The notes below the pieces were generated by a model, which saw only the letters and a list, made by a program, of their open reading frames with translations, was not told the origin of the DNA and made no database searches. From positions 270,082 to 334,081 of the forward strand of contig JBAZYN010000002.1 of NCBI GenBank assembly GCA_041659325.1: a stretch of 64,000 nt of DNA, read 5' to 3'. Position numbers and translations under genes: made by a program. Below are positions 19,656-28,935 of the stretch, one piece after another; the first letter of the stretch is position 1, and each line of letters starts with the position of its first letter. Origin of the DNA: Candidatus Shapirobacteria bacterium. Lineage in GTDB: Bacteria; Patescibacteriota; Microgenomatia; UBA12405.

Positions 19656-20720
19656 GTGAAGAAAATATTGGGCGGGGCGTTGATATTTTTGGGTTTGTCG
19701 GGATTGGCATTGATGGGGTGGAGGGTATGGAGAGGAGAGGGTTTCATAAATCCATTGGTGGGGGAAAGCGATAGGGTGGCTTTGCCTTTGGAGAGGTATG
19801 ATTTTGATAGTTTAAGAAATAGTCTTAAAGTCTTAAAGTCTGAAAATCTAAAAATCGAAAGTCGAAAGTTTGAAATATTGGGAAATATACCTGAAGTAGA
19901 GAGCCGGAGGAAATTAATTACGAATGATCAATTACGAATTACGAATTTTGAAACCAAGAAGTTTAGATTTATGAGTGAGGGGAAGTGGATAACGGGAATG
20001 ATCAATATACCTATGACGCCGGATAGCAGGAAAAAGAGGGCGATTATAATGGTGCGGGGGTATGCAGACAAGCCGGGATACTATACAGGCTTTGGAACGT
20101 GGAAAGCGGCCGATGAGTTTGCAAAACAGGGGTGGGTAACAGTGAGCTTGGATTTTTTAGGTTTTGGAGGAAGTGACGAGGAGAGCCTGGAAATGCTTCA
20201 AGCCAGGTTTGAAAAGGTGGTGGCGGTATTGGATTTGATTGAGACAGTCAAACAATTAGGGTATGTAGACACAAATAATATCGGGATTTGGTCGCATTCA
20301 AACGGGGGGCAAATTGTGTTATCGGTTTTGGAAATCACGGGGGGTAATTATCCAACGGTTATGTGGGCGCCAATGACCAATCCGTTTCCGCAAAGTGTGT
20401 TGGATACGGCGTCGGATTTGGATGACGGAGGAAAAGCGGTGATAAAAGCGGTGGCGGAGTTCCAAAAGCAGTACGATAGTCGAAGGTATGCGTTTGAAAA
20501 TTATTATAAGTGGATTAATGCGCCGGTGTTGATTCAACAGGGGACAGCAGATGAATGGTGTGAGGTGGCGTGGCAAGAGAAAGTAGTCAATGCCTTAAGG
20601 GCAGAGGGGAAAAAGGCGGAATTAGTGATTTACAAAGGTGATGATCATAATTTGAAAAAGAATTGGGATGAGGCGGTAGAGAGGGATGTAGAATTTTTTA
20701 ATACGGAGTTTTTAAACTGA
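19656..20720 (+). CDS. Secreted/membrane-anchored alpha/beta hydrolase (S9/dienelactone-hydrolase-like esterase)
   Basis: N-terminal signal/transmembrane segment. Nucleophile elbow WSHSNGG. In-frame AAGTCTNA and AATTACGA repeat insertions (NSLKVLKSENLKIESRKFE…ITNDQLRITNFE). Confidence 0.6.
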   Translation: MKKILGGALIFLGLSGLALMGWRVWRGEGFINPLVGESDRVALPLERYDFDSLRNSLKVLKSENLKIESRKFEILGNIPEVESRRKLITNDQLRITNFETKKFRFMSEGKWITGMINIPMTPDSRKKRAIIMVRGYADKPGYYTGFGTWKAADEFAKQGWVTVSLDFLGFGGSDEESLEMLQARFEKVVAVLDLIETVKQLGYVDTNNIGIWSHSNGGQIVLSVLEITGGNYPTVMWAPMTNPFPQSVLDTASDLDDGGKAVIKAVAEFQKQYDSRRYAFENYYKWINAPVLIQQGTADEWCEVAWQEKVVNALRAEGKKAELVIYKGDDHNLKKNWDEAVERDVEFFNTEFLN

Positions 20721-20786
20721 CAAAGATTGGCTGTATGTAAAAAATATATAGGTAATGGCTAGTAAAAGCAGTGTTTTTAGGATAAA

Positions 20787-21656
20787 ATGCAGGCAATGAA
20801 AATACCACCGGTTGTTACCTGGCGGGTGACTTCCCGTTGTAATAACGACTGTGCTTACTGTTATGGTCCGGATAAAAATAATACGGAAATGTCTATGGTT
20901 GAGGTAAAAAGGATGTTGAAAATGTTTTATGAAATGGGGGTGAGGGTGATTGATCTGACCGGGGGTGAGCCCCTTTTAAGAAAGGGTTTTGAAGAAATTA
21001 TTGTCCTGATGAAAGAATACGGGTTTGAAATATTTATTGATACTAATGGGGACTATTTTTTTGAATATGATAAGTTGGTGGCAGAAGCTGTCCGAGGGAT
21101 CGGTCTGACAGTTGATTTTCCGGATGAAAATCGAAGATATAAAACACCGGGGAATTTGGGGCGGGTATTGAAAATTTTGGATTACCTGATGACCTTGGAG
21201 CGTAGGCCAATAATCCGGGTGGCGACGGTGGTGACAAGGGATAATTATGACAAATTGTTTCGGATAGGGAATTTGATCAGTAAGTATAAGGTAGACTTGT
21301 GGAAGTTGTATCAGTTTATTCCTCAAAATAAAAATGCCCTTAAAAACCGTAAAGACTTGGAGATTACCAAAAGTGAGTTTTTGGAAGCAACTAATAGTCT
21401 GGAGAGAAAATTCTCAAAAGAGTTTAAGGTAGTGGTGTCAAAAATGGAGGACAGAGATTCCTGTTATTTTTTTGTTGAGTCGGATGGAAGAGTATTTATG
21501 CCGACTCAAAGGGGCGATATATTTGAAGAAGTAATACTTGGGCATATTTTTGACGATGATATTTTTGACAAGTGGAGAAAATCAGTTTCGGTAGATAATT
21601 TTATCCGGAATACTGAAGTTAGCCGGAAATATAGATTTAAAAGGGGGCAAAATTGA
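20787..21656 (+). CDS. Radical SAM protein, viperin-like (candidate prokaryotic viperin, pVip)
   Basis: CNNDCAYC (CxxxCxxC) plus GGEPLL. C-terminal segments LWKLYQFIPQNKN and DSCYFFVESDGRVF align with viperin NPVRWKVFQCLLIEGEN and KDSYLILDEYMRF. No second Fe-S cysteine cluster, so not MoaA/SPASM. Confidence 0.6.
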   Translation: MQAMKIPPVVTWRVTSRCNNDCAYCYGPDKNNTEMSMVEVKRMLKMFYEMGVRVIDLTGGEPLLRKGFEEIIVLMKEYGFEIFIDTNGDYFFEYDKLVAEAVRGIGLTVDFPDENRRYKTPGNLGRVLKILDYLMTLERRPIIRVATVVTRDNYDKLFRIGNLISKYKVDLWKLYQFIPQNKNALKNRKDLEITKSEFLEATNSLERKFSKEFKVVVSKMEDRDSCYFFVESDGRVFMPTQRGDIFEEVILGHIFDDDIFDKWRKSVSVDNFIRNTEVSRKYRFKRGQN

Positions 21657-21668
21657 GGAGATTTTGTA

Positions 21669-21697
21669 TTGACAAAGTTGGTCGGTTTGGATATAGT
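21669..21697 (+). promoter_or_regulatory. Sigma70-like promoter (TTGACA-17-TATAGT) immediately upstream of the NDT-like gene
   Basis: TTGACAaagttggtcggtttggaTATAGT. The -10 ends ~8 nt before ATG 21706, giving a leaderless or near-leaderless transcript. Confidence 0.35.
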
Positions 21698-21699
21698 AA

Positions 21700-22275
21700 G
21701 TGATAATGAAAGTCTATTTTGGGACAAGCCCCAGGATCAAGGAACAGTATCCGGAAGAGGTGACGGAAATATTTGAGCAGATTAAGAAATTGGGTTATAT
21801 TCATACCAGTGATTGGATCAAAAAGGTCGACCCAAAAGATTTTTATAGTATGAATACGGGAGAGTTGGAAGAAAATAATAATCGGTCGATTAGAGATATC
21901 AAAAAGGCGGATATTTGTGTTTTTGAAGCATCAATGCCAAGTTTGTCGGTGGGGTATTTGGTGAACTTGTCACTCGAATTGGGGAAACAGGTGGTGGTTT
22001 TGACCCAAAATAAAAACCCGTCCTTTATGTTCGGACCCATAAAATCCAACAGTTTTAATCTGGTTAGTTATTCGCGTGATACTTTGGCAAGCGAGCTGGA
22101 AAGAGCATTGAAAAAAGCGGTGGAGGGAAGTGATGTCCGGTTTAATTTTTTTGTGTCATCAAAAATATTGAATTACCTCGATTGGGTGGCAAAAAAGAGG
22201 ATGGAGCCAAGGTCGGTCTTTTTGAGAAATTTGATTGAAAAAGAGATGAAAAAGGACAAGGAATTTAAGGGGTGA
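21700..22275 (+). CDS. Nucleoside 2-deoxyribosyltransferase-like (NDT/SLOG Rossmann) domain protein with C-terminal ribbon-helix-helix-like tail
   Basis: KVYFGTSP…ADICVFEAS…SVGYLVNLSLELGKQVVVL resembles the NDT/LOG-like fold. C-terminus RFNFFVSSKILNYLDWVAKKRMEPRSVFLRNLIEKEM is a beta-strand plus two helices (RHH-like). GTG start at 21700, or ATG at 21706. Confidence 0.45.
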   Translation: MIMKVYFGTSPRIKEQYPEEVTEIFEQIKKLGYIHTSDWIKKVDPKDFYSMNTGELEENNNRSIRDIKKADICVFEASMPSLSVGYLVNLSLELGKQVVVLTQNKNPSFMFGPIKSNSFNLVSYSRDTLASELERALKKAVEGSDVRFNFFVSSKILNYLDWVAKKRMEPRSVFLRNLIEKEMKKDKEFKG

Positions 22276-22308
22276 TATAATCTGCTGTTATAGTTTTATG
22301 TAAAAACT

Positions 22309-22566
22309 ATGAGTAATAGATGTGAAGTTCCGTCAGATCAAAGAACAGGATGTAGCTTCTTGGATCGCATTTATTGTCGCCATGGATTGATAGCAGGCCA
22401 TCAGAGAATATGTGATCAGTTTCCATTGGTTAGGTCTTCGAGAGAAAGTGTAAGACAAATATCAGTTTTACCAATGATGGTGAAGGCCTTGATCACAGAT
22501 ACATTTGGTGAAGAAGGGAGGACTGTTCGTGAAAAGGTGGTCGGTTGGACCCGAAATCGTGGTTAA
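22309..22566 (+). CDS. Small Cys/His-rich hypothetical protein
   Basis: C-x9-C-x7-C-x-H…H…C spacing suggests a Zn-binding protein. No homology recognised. Confidence 0.25.
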   Translation: MSNRCEVPSDQRTGCSFLDRIYCRHGLIAGHQRICDQFPLVRSSRESVRQISVLPMMVKALITDTFGEEGRTVREKVVGWTRNRG

Positions 22567-22648
22567 TTTTTTTAGCTTAGGTTTTTATTTTTCTCTTTGG
22601 TTTTGAGCCAGTAAGGGGGTAGTTAAAAGAACTGGTATAATTTAAAAC

Positions 22649-23821
22649 ATGAGTAAAAGAGTAATGGTGTTGTATGGCGGGGTGAGTACGGAGCATGAGG
22701 TGGCGATCATTTCGGCATTACAGGTGATGAGCGCCCTGAAAGAAGCCGGTCATGAGGTGGTGCCGGTTTATATTAGCAAGAAGGGTGAATGGTTTTGGGG
22801 AGATGAGAGGTTTTTAAAACCGGAGTTTTATAAAAATTTAAATGAGATACGGACCTTGGGAAAGAAGGTAGAGATGGGGGCCGGTAGCGGAGGGAAGATA
22901 CTTATGAAAAAAATGGCTTGGTGGCAGGAAACGGACAAAAAGATTGATGTGGTATTTCCGGTATTTCATGGTAAAAACGGCGAGGATGGGGCGGTGCAGG
23001 GGTGGCTTAATTTGGTGAATTTACCCTATGTAGGGTGCCCTCTTTTGGCATCGGCAGTGGCAATGGATAAGTCAATTTCAAAAATGGCGGCGACCAGTAT
23101 CGGGTTAAGGGTAGCAGAGGAGGTGTTGGTAGTCAAAAGTGACTGGGAGAGAGATAGAAAAGTGATTTTAGAAAAGATTAAAAAATTAGGGAAGAGTGTG
23201 TTTGTGAAGCCGTCGGGCGGGGGTTCGACAATTGCCGTAGGCAGAGCCGATAACCAAAAAGATACGGAAAGATTGTTGGAGGTGGCGCTTGTTTATGATG
23301 ACCGAGTGGTGGTGGAAAAAGAGATTGAAAGGCCCATCGAGGTTAACATTTCGATTTTGGGAAATAACCCTTATGAAGTGTCGATAACCGAGCAGCCGAT
23401 AGCCAGCGGTAAGGTTTTATCATTTGAAGATAAATATGTGCGGGGGAGCAAGGGCGGTAAAAGTCAGGGAATGGCGGGTTCCCAACGGTTGATGCCGGCC
23501 GGGGTGTCGGAAAAGATAATAATAGAAATTGAAGAAGCAGCGAAAAGTTTTTTTGCTACTATCGGAGGAAGGGGTATTGCCAGAATTGATTTTATGGTGG
23601 ATAAGGGTGGCGTAGTATATTTTAACGAAATCAATCCAATGCCCGGGTCGATTGCTTTTTATTTATGGGAAAAGAGAGGAGTGAAGATAGGTGATTTGGT
23701 GGATAGGTTGGTGAATTTGGCAATTGAAGATTGGCTAGGGCGGCAAAAATTGGTGACGACATTTGAAAGTAATATTTTGGCAGGATATGCCGGATCAAGT
23801 GGAACTAAAGGCAAGATTTAG
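22649..23821 (+). CDS. ddl: D-alanine--D-alanine ligase
   Basis: N-terminal VLYGGVSTEHEVAIISA and an ATP-grasp core. Confidence 0.9.
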   Translation: MSKRVMVLYGGVSTEHEVAIISALQVMSALKEAGHEVVPVYISKKGEWFWGDERFLKPEFYKNLNEIRTLGKKVEMGAGSGGKILMKKMAWWQETDKKIDVVFPVFHGKNGEDGAVQGWLNLVNLPYVGCPLLASAVAMDKSISKMAATSIGLRVAEEVLVVKSDWERDRKVILEKIKKLGKSVFVKPSGGGSTIAVGRADNQKDTERLLEVALVYDDRVVVEKEIERPIEVNISILGNNPYEVSITEQPIASGKVLSFEDKYVRGSKGGKSQGMAGSQRLMPAGVSEKIIIEIEEAAKSFFATIGGRGIARIDFMVDKGGVVYFNEINPMPGSIAFYLWEKRGVKIGDLVDRLVNLAIEDWLGRQKLVTTFESNILAGYAGSSGTKGKI

Positions 23822-25212
23822 TAGTTTTGGGGTAGGTCATTTTCGAGAAGTATCCAGTCGAATTTTGTGCTTAGGTTGCGAACGGTTGGCCAATAATCAT
23901 GACGGTTTATAACATGGATTATGGCGTTTGGTTTGACTAGCTTGATCCCATGGGTAATATTTTGAGTTCGATGACTTTGGCCAATAAGAATAACTTCGTC
24001 GAAAATATCGGCTATTTTTTTACCCAACTCTTGGTGCAAGGAATCAGATTCCAGGCCTAACTCGACTAACCCGGGAGTAATTAAAGCTTTGGTCCCCTTT
24101 AGATTGGACAAATCAGACATAATTTGATTAAAACCATCAAAGTTGCTGGAGTAAGTATTGTCGACGACAGTAGCTTGATTTATTTTTACTAGCTCCAGTC
24201 GATGAGGAGCGGGGGCAAGGACAGCCACACTCTTTTGGATGGTTTCAATGGGGATTTTTAATAAGATTGATTGACTAATGGCGGCTAATAGATTTAATAG
24301 ATTGCCGGAGCCAAAGAGCGGAGAAATAAAGCGGAAGGATTGTTGGTGATAATTGAGAGTAAAGACGGAGCCATTTTGGTCAAAGTGGAATTGGCTAAGA
24401 AAGAAAGTGGCTTTTGGGGAGGCGAGGGAGTAGGTGTGGGCTGATTGAAAATGGGGATGGGAGTCGAGGTATTTGTGGATGTATTGATTGTCGAAATTTA
24501 GTAATAAGTGATTCGTTTTGATATGTTTGGCGAGTTCAAATTTGGTATCAAGGATATTTTGAATGGTACGAAAACGTTCCAGATGTTGGGGGCCGATACC
24601 GGTGATAATGGCTGATTGGGGTGGGAAAAGAGTAGAAAGTTTCTGAATATCCCCGGGGTAATGGGCACCAAATTCAGCCAGAAAATATTTGGTGTGTCGG
24701 GTCAGTCCCATTAAGATCGACTGGGAGATGCCTAGAGGAGTGTTGTAGCTATGAGTGGTTTTGAGAGTAGGGAAGGCGGCATCAAGAATTTGGAAGAGAA
24801 AATCTTTGGTTGTGGTTTTGCCAAAAGAACCGGTAATGCCAATGGTGTGGGGGTTGACTTGGGCAAGAAGTTTTTTGGCTTTTTGAATTTTGAGATTTTT
24901 TGGGATACTCTCGAAAGGGGCCAGGAGGGTGATCGCTATCAGCAGTGGGAGGGGGGTGAAAAAAAATAAAGCGAGGGAAAGAATAAAAACTAAAGAGGTA
25001 AAATAGGAGTCAAGAAATAACCAGGACAAGGCAAAATATTGAAGAATAGATAAAATAAGGAGGAGCTTAACTTTGAGGGTAATTTTGAGGGGGGTGATTT
25101 GGGGTAGAGAAAAAGTCAGGGGGTGGGAAAGATACCAGCGGAGGAGTTTGGTGGGCTGATAGTATTCTAGTTGGAGGATCTGAAGATAGACAAAAAAGGG
25201 GAAGTGTTTCAT
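23818..25212 (-). CDS. Mur ligase family protein (MurF-like) with hydrophobic N-terminal extension
   Basis: P-loop IGITGSFGKTTTKD, Mur ligase middle and C-terminal domains. The first ~100 aa are predicted transmembrane helices rather than a canonical MurF N-domain. Confidence 0.65.
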   Translation of the reverse strand: MKHFPFFVYLQILQLEYYQPTKLLRWYLSHPLTFSLPQITPLKITLKVKLLLILSILQYFALSWLFLDSYFTSLVFILSLALFFFTPLPLLIAITLLAPFESIPKNLKIQKAKKLLAQVNPHTIGITGSFGKTTTKDFLFQILDAAFPTLKTTHSYNTPLGISQSILMGLTRHTKYFLAEFGAHYPGDIQKLSTLFPPQSAIITGIGPQHLERFRTIQNILDTKFELAKHIKTNHLLLNFDNQYIHKYLDSHPHFQSAHTYSLASPKATFFLSQFHFDQNGSVFTLNYHQQSFRFISPLFGSGNLLNLLAAISQSILLKIPIETIQKSVAVLAPAPHRLELVKINQATVVDNTYSSNFDGFNQIMSDLSNLKGTKALITPGLVELGLESDSLHQELGKKIADIFDEVILIGQSHRTQNITHGIKLVKPNAIIHVINRHDYWPTVRNLSTKFDWILLENDLPQNY

Positions 25213-25958
25213 AAGGTTAGGCTAAAAATATGTTTTAAGGTAGGAATTAGCTGAGATTGGAGGTTGAGATGAGGGTTGTGATCGGATTGGAGGATATAAA
25301 GCCGACAGTCGGGAAAAAGATTAGCAATAATCCGGCCGGAATAAGGAATTTCCGTATCGTTTTCCCCCCAAACTAAAAAGGAGGGGATTTTTGCTTGATT
25401 AAGCTGGCTCATTAAATCAAAATTAACTATTTTTTTGAGAATGTCGCGGTGCTCGGGAGAGCTGTTGTAATAATCGGTGGAGGAAATGCGGGAGAGTAAA
25501 AAGCAGAGAAGGGGTTCGGGGAGGATGGCTTTGAGGAAGCTAAATTGGCGATAGACGAAGATTTTGAGTTTTTGTTTCAGGGATTTGCGACGGTCAATAG
25601 CCGGAGAAATCAGAATCAAAAAGGAAATAACCGAGGGGTGAGTGGCGGCGATATGGGTAGCGATTTGGCCACCAAAAGAATGACCTAAAATAATTGGGTG
25701 TTTTATATTATTTTTTTTGATAAAGGCGAGAACAAAATCGGAGTATTGGGGGATACCGGAACTGATTGGGAGTAGGGGGCTGCGACCGAAACCGGGAAGG
25801 TCCAGAAGGTAGTAGCGAAAATCGGGAGGGAGATGGGAGACTGCATTGGCCCAGAGGTGGCCGTTTTGGCCCCAACCGTGGAGAACAAGGCAATCTTTTT
25901 TGGCTTTGGGGTTGACAATTTCAAAGTGAACCAGATTATGATCGATAACAATATCCAT
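25209..25958 (-). CDS. Alpha/beta-fold hydrolase
   Basis: LVLHGWGQNG…ILGHSFGG. Confidence 0.65.
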   Translation of the reverse strand: MDIVIDHNLVHFEIVNPKAKKDCLVLHGWGQNGHLWANAVSHLPPDFRYYLLDLPGFGRSPLLPISSGIPQYSDFVLAFIKKNNIKHPIILGHSFGGQIATHIAATHPSVISFLILISPAIDRRKSLKQKLKIFVYRQFSFLKAILPEPLLCFLLSRISSTDYYNSSPEHRDILKKIVNFDLMSQLNQAKIPSFLVWGENDTEIPYSGRIIANLFPDCRLYILQSDHNPHLNLQSQLIPTLKHIFSLTL

Positions 25959-25985
25959 ACTGGATATATTCTATAATATAATGCG

Positions 25986-27077
25986 ATGAAGTTGAGGTTT
26001 AGAGTTGATAAAATAATTCGGGTTTTTGAGAAAAAATTGAAACCGTTTAACCGGATAGAAATTTCGAGAGGGAAGATGCTGGGAAACTATAGAAGTTTTG
26101 TGAAGATGGGAAAGAAGATGGAATTTTGGCCGGTGATGAAAGCTAACGCATATGGGTGTGGAATTGAACAAATAACAGAAATACTGGATGGTGTAAATTT
26201 TGAATATTGGGTGGCGGACAGTCTGGTGGAGGCTCAAAAAATCTGGGAGAAGTCCTCCAAGAGGGTCTTGCTGATAGGTCCAATACAAAAGGAGAATTAT
26301 AAATATATCGATTTCAGAAAAATTACTTTATCAGTCCAAAGTAAGGAAGATTTGGAAGTTTTGGGAGGGTTGAATAAAGATATCAAAATACATCTAAAGG
26401 TCAATACGGGCATGAATCGGCAGGGGTTTGAGATAGAGGAAATAAAGGAGGTCGTCAAAGTGTTAGAAAAATACCCGAGAATCGAAGTGGAGGGGGTGTT
26501 TTCTCATTTGGCTCAGGCGGAAAGTGACATTTTGGTTGAAAGACAAGAGGAGAAATTCAAGAAAGCAATAGATCTATTGGAATTATACGGAATCAAGCCC
26601 AGGTGGGTGCATTTGGCGGCAAGTGCCGGGGCCTTTAGGACAAAAGATAGCCGGATAAATGCGGTAAGGCTGGGAATCGGGCTTTATGAGGGGGGAGTAA
26701 GACTGGTGTCGACGATTGTGAAGGCCCGCTGGGTAAGAGAGGGAGAGAGAGTCGGGTACGGGGGAACATATACCATGAAAGAGGATGGGTGGCTGGGGGT
26801 AATCCCGGTGGGGTATTATGAGGCCTTGGACAGAGGATTGAGTAATCGGGGACAGGTGAAATACAAAGATAGATATTATCCGCTGGCCGGAAATATATGT
26901 ATGAATATGATCACGGTAAACTTTGGGAGGACGGAGATTACCGAGGGGGAAGAGGTGGAAGTTATTGGGGCAGAGGGCAAAAATTCGTTTAAAGAAATGG
27001 CCCAAGTGTGCGGGACTGTTGATTATGAGCTGATGGTTCGACTTAACGCGTCGGTCAGGCGGGAAATAGTGGACTAA
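25986..27077 (+). CDS. alr: Alanine racemase
   Basis: PLP-lysine motif PVMKANAYGCG and similarity to Alr. Confidence 0.85.
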   Translation: MKLRFRVDKIIRVFEKKLKPFNRIEISRGKMLGNYRSFVKMGKKMEFWPVMKANAYGCGIEQITEILDGVNFEYWVADSLVEAQKIWEKSSKRVLLIGPIQKENYKYIDFRKITLSVQSKEDLEVLGGLNKDIKIHLKVNTGMNRQGFEIEEIKEVVKVLEKYPRIEVEGVFSHLAQAESDILVERQEEKFKKAIDLLELYGIKPRWVHLAASAGAFRTKDSRINAVRLGIGLYEGGVRLVSTIVKARWVREGERVGYGGTYTMKEDGWLGVIPVGYYEALDRGLSNRGQVKYKDRYYPLAGNICMNMITVNFGRTEITEGEEVEVIGAEGKNSFKEMAQVCGTVDYELMVRLNASVRREIVD

Positions 27078-28855
27078 TCCATTTTAGTTCTTTTTTGGAT
27101 TTGCCAAAGCTGGTAGAAATGTTTTTTGAGAGCTACCAGTTCGTCAAAGCCACCGCTTTCACAAATACTACCTTTATCAAAAACAACAATCCTATTGGTA
27201 AAGCGAAGGGTGGAGAGGCGATGGGCGATCCAGATAACGATTTTGTCTTTTAGATATTCTTCGATGCTATGAAGAATTTTTTCTTCGGTGATGGAATCAA
27301 GGGATGAGGTACTTTCATCAAAAATTATAATGGGTGAATTTTTGTAAATGGCCCGGGCGATGCCGAGTCTTTGGCGCTCGCCGCCCGAGAGACGGATGCC
27401 CTTTTCTCCCAAAAGCCGGTTGTGGTTGTGTTTGATTTTTTCAAGAATCGGCTCGCACTGAGAAATTGTGAGAGCCAAATTGTAGAGAGAGGGATTAAAT
27501 TTTTGGGATTCTGAGGCGATGGTGATATTTTCTTTAAAACTCAAATTAAAAATTTCACTTTCCTGCGGAACAATGGCGATATTGGGCCGGAGCTTATCGG
27601 TGGCGATGCTTTTTATGTTGATATTGTTGATTTTGATACTGCCTTTTTTGGAAAGATAAAGCTTTAGAAGAAGCTTGACGAGAGTGGATTTACCGGAGCC
27701 GGATTTGCCGACCAGACCGATTTTTTCACTTTTGTGGATTGCCAGGTTGACATTTTTTAAAACTTTGTCGGGCCGGAGTTTGTATTTAAAGCTAAGATTG
27801 TTGATAGAAAGAGTTTGGACGGGAGAGGGGAAATCCAGATGGCCGCAGATGGTGGTGGTTTTGCCGGTCTTGATAAGCTGGATCATACGAAAGAGAACGA
27901 GTTTGTAGTTTATAAGCTCATCAATCCAGTCGGCGACACCGGAAAGACCATCCTGCAGACGATTGATATAACCCATGTAGATAAAAAAGGAGCCAACCGA
28001 CATGCGCTGGTAATAGATGTCGGAAATGATAAGAATTAAGCTGATACCGGTAAATATTTGGGAGATGCTGTTGATAATGATCCATTTGTTGAAACCCATT
28101 TTTGAAGATTGGATGGCTTTTTGGGTGTAGCTGTGCTCACGGTTAAAAATTGCCCGATTGACCTGGTTTCCAATCCCCAGGCTTTTTATAAGATGAATAT
28201 TGGAGAAATATTCATAATTTTTACCGATAACCCCTTCAAATTGTTTATTAAGCCGATGCCATCTTTTGACCAGGTTTCGGTTTAGGTATTGATTGACCAG
28301 AAGATAAATGGAAGTGTTTAAGAGGGCGAGAACAAAAAATTTGAAGTTGAAGCCTAAAAAAATTATCAGAACGGCAAAAACGTCAACAAAAATATCCAAG
28401 CCTCCACCAGATGAGCTTAGAAAGCGGATAAAACTTTTGATTGAGTCGGCGCCTTTGCTGATAACGGTGATTTTTTTACCTGAAGCCTGGGATTCATGCC
28501 ATTCCAAATCAAAATCAAGCAGGCGGGAGGTTTCTTGTTGGCGGGTTTTGAGTCTGACTTGTTCGGCATACTGATTGACCCAGAATTTTGATTTTAGACG
28601 GAGAATATTTCTAAGGAGGTTATTGCCGGTGAGGGCGGCAATAAGCCATAAAATATCGGTAACAGAGGTAGCTTTTGAGGAGAGACCGTCGATGATGCGG
28701 GCAATAATCAGCGGGGGGAGCAGACCCTGAAGTGTGCTTAGTAGCCGGACACTTGACCAAAAAATAATCCGGCGGTGATAGTGGTCGGTGTAGTACCAAA
28801 TGTGTTTTAGAAAATCAGAAATAGCGTATTTTTCGTTTTTAATGGCAGGGGGCAT
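27074..28855 (-). CDS. ABC transporter, fused permease/ATPase (exporter type)
   Basis: N-terminal 6-transmembrane domain. Walker A GKSGSGKST, signature LSGGERQRL, Walker B IIIFDE. Confidence 0.85.
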   Translation of the reverse strand: MPPAIKNEKYAISDFLKHIWYYTDHYHRRIIFWSSVRLLSTLQGLLPPLIIARIIDGLSSKATSVTDILWLIAALTGNNLLRNILRLKSKFWVNQYAEQVRLKTRQQETSRLLDFDLEWHESQASGKKITVISKGADSIKSFIRFLSSSGGGLDIFVDVFAVLIIFLGFNFKFFVLALLNTSIYLLVNQYLNRNLVKRWHRLNKQFEGVIGKNYEYFSNIHLIKSLGIGNQVNRAIFNREHSYTQKAIQSSKMGFNKWIIINSISQIFTGISLILIISDIYYQRMSVGSFFIYMGYINRLQDGLSGVADWIDELINYKLVLFRMIQLIKTGKTTTICGHLDFPSPVQTLSINNLSFKYKLRPDKVLKNVNLAIHKSEKIGLVGKSGSGKSTLVKLLLKLYLSKKGSIKINNINIKSIATDKLRPNIAIVPQESEIFNLSFKENITIASESQKFNPSLYNLALTISQCEPILEKIKHNHNRLLGEKGIRLSGGERQRLGIARAIYKNSPIIIFDESTSSLDSITEEKILHSIEEYLKDKIVIWIAHRLSTLRFTNRIVVFDKGSICESGGFDELVALKKHFYQLWQIQKRTKMD

Positions 28856-28884
28856 GCAGAGTAATTAAAGCATAATTGGGAGCC

Positions 28885-28918
28885 AACAAAAAGCCCCCTC
28901 GGGAACTCGGGGGGCTTT
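28885..28918 (-). terminator. Intrinsic terminator downstream of rplA
   Basis: On the minus strand, GCCCCCCGAGttcCCGAGGGGGC followed by TTTTT. Confidence 0.55.
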
Positions 28919-28935
28919 GAGAAGTTAAAAAAAGT

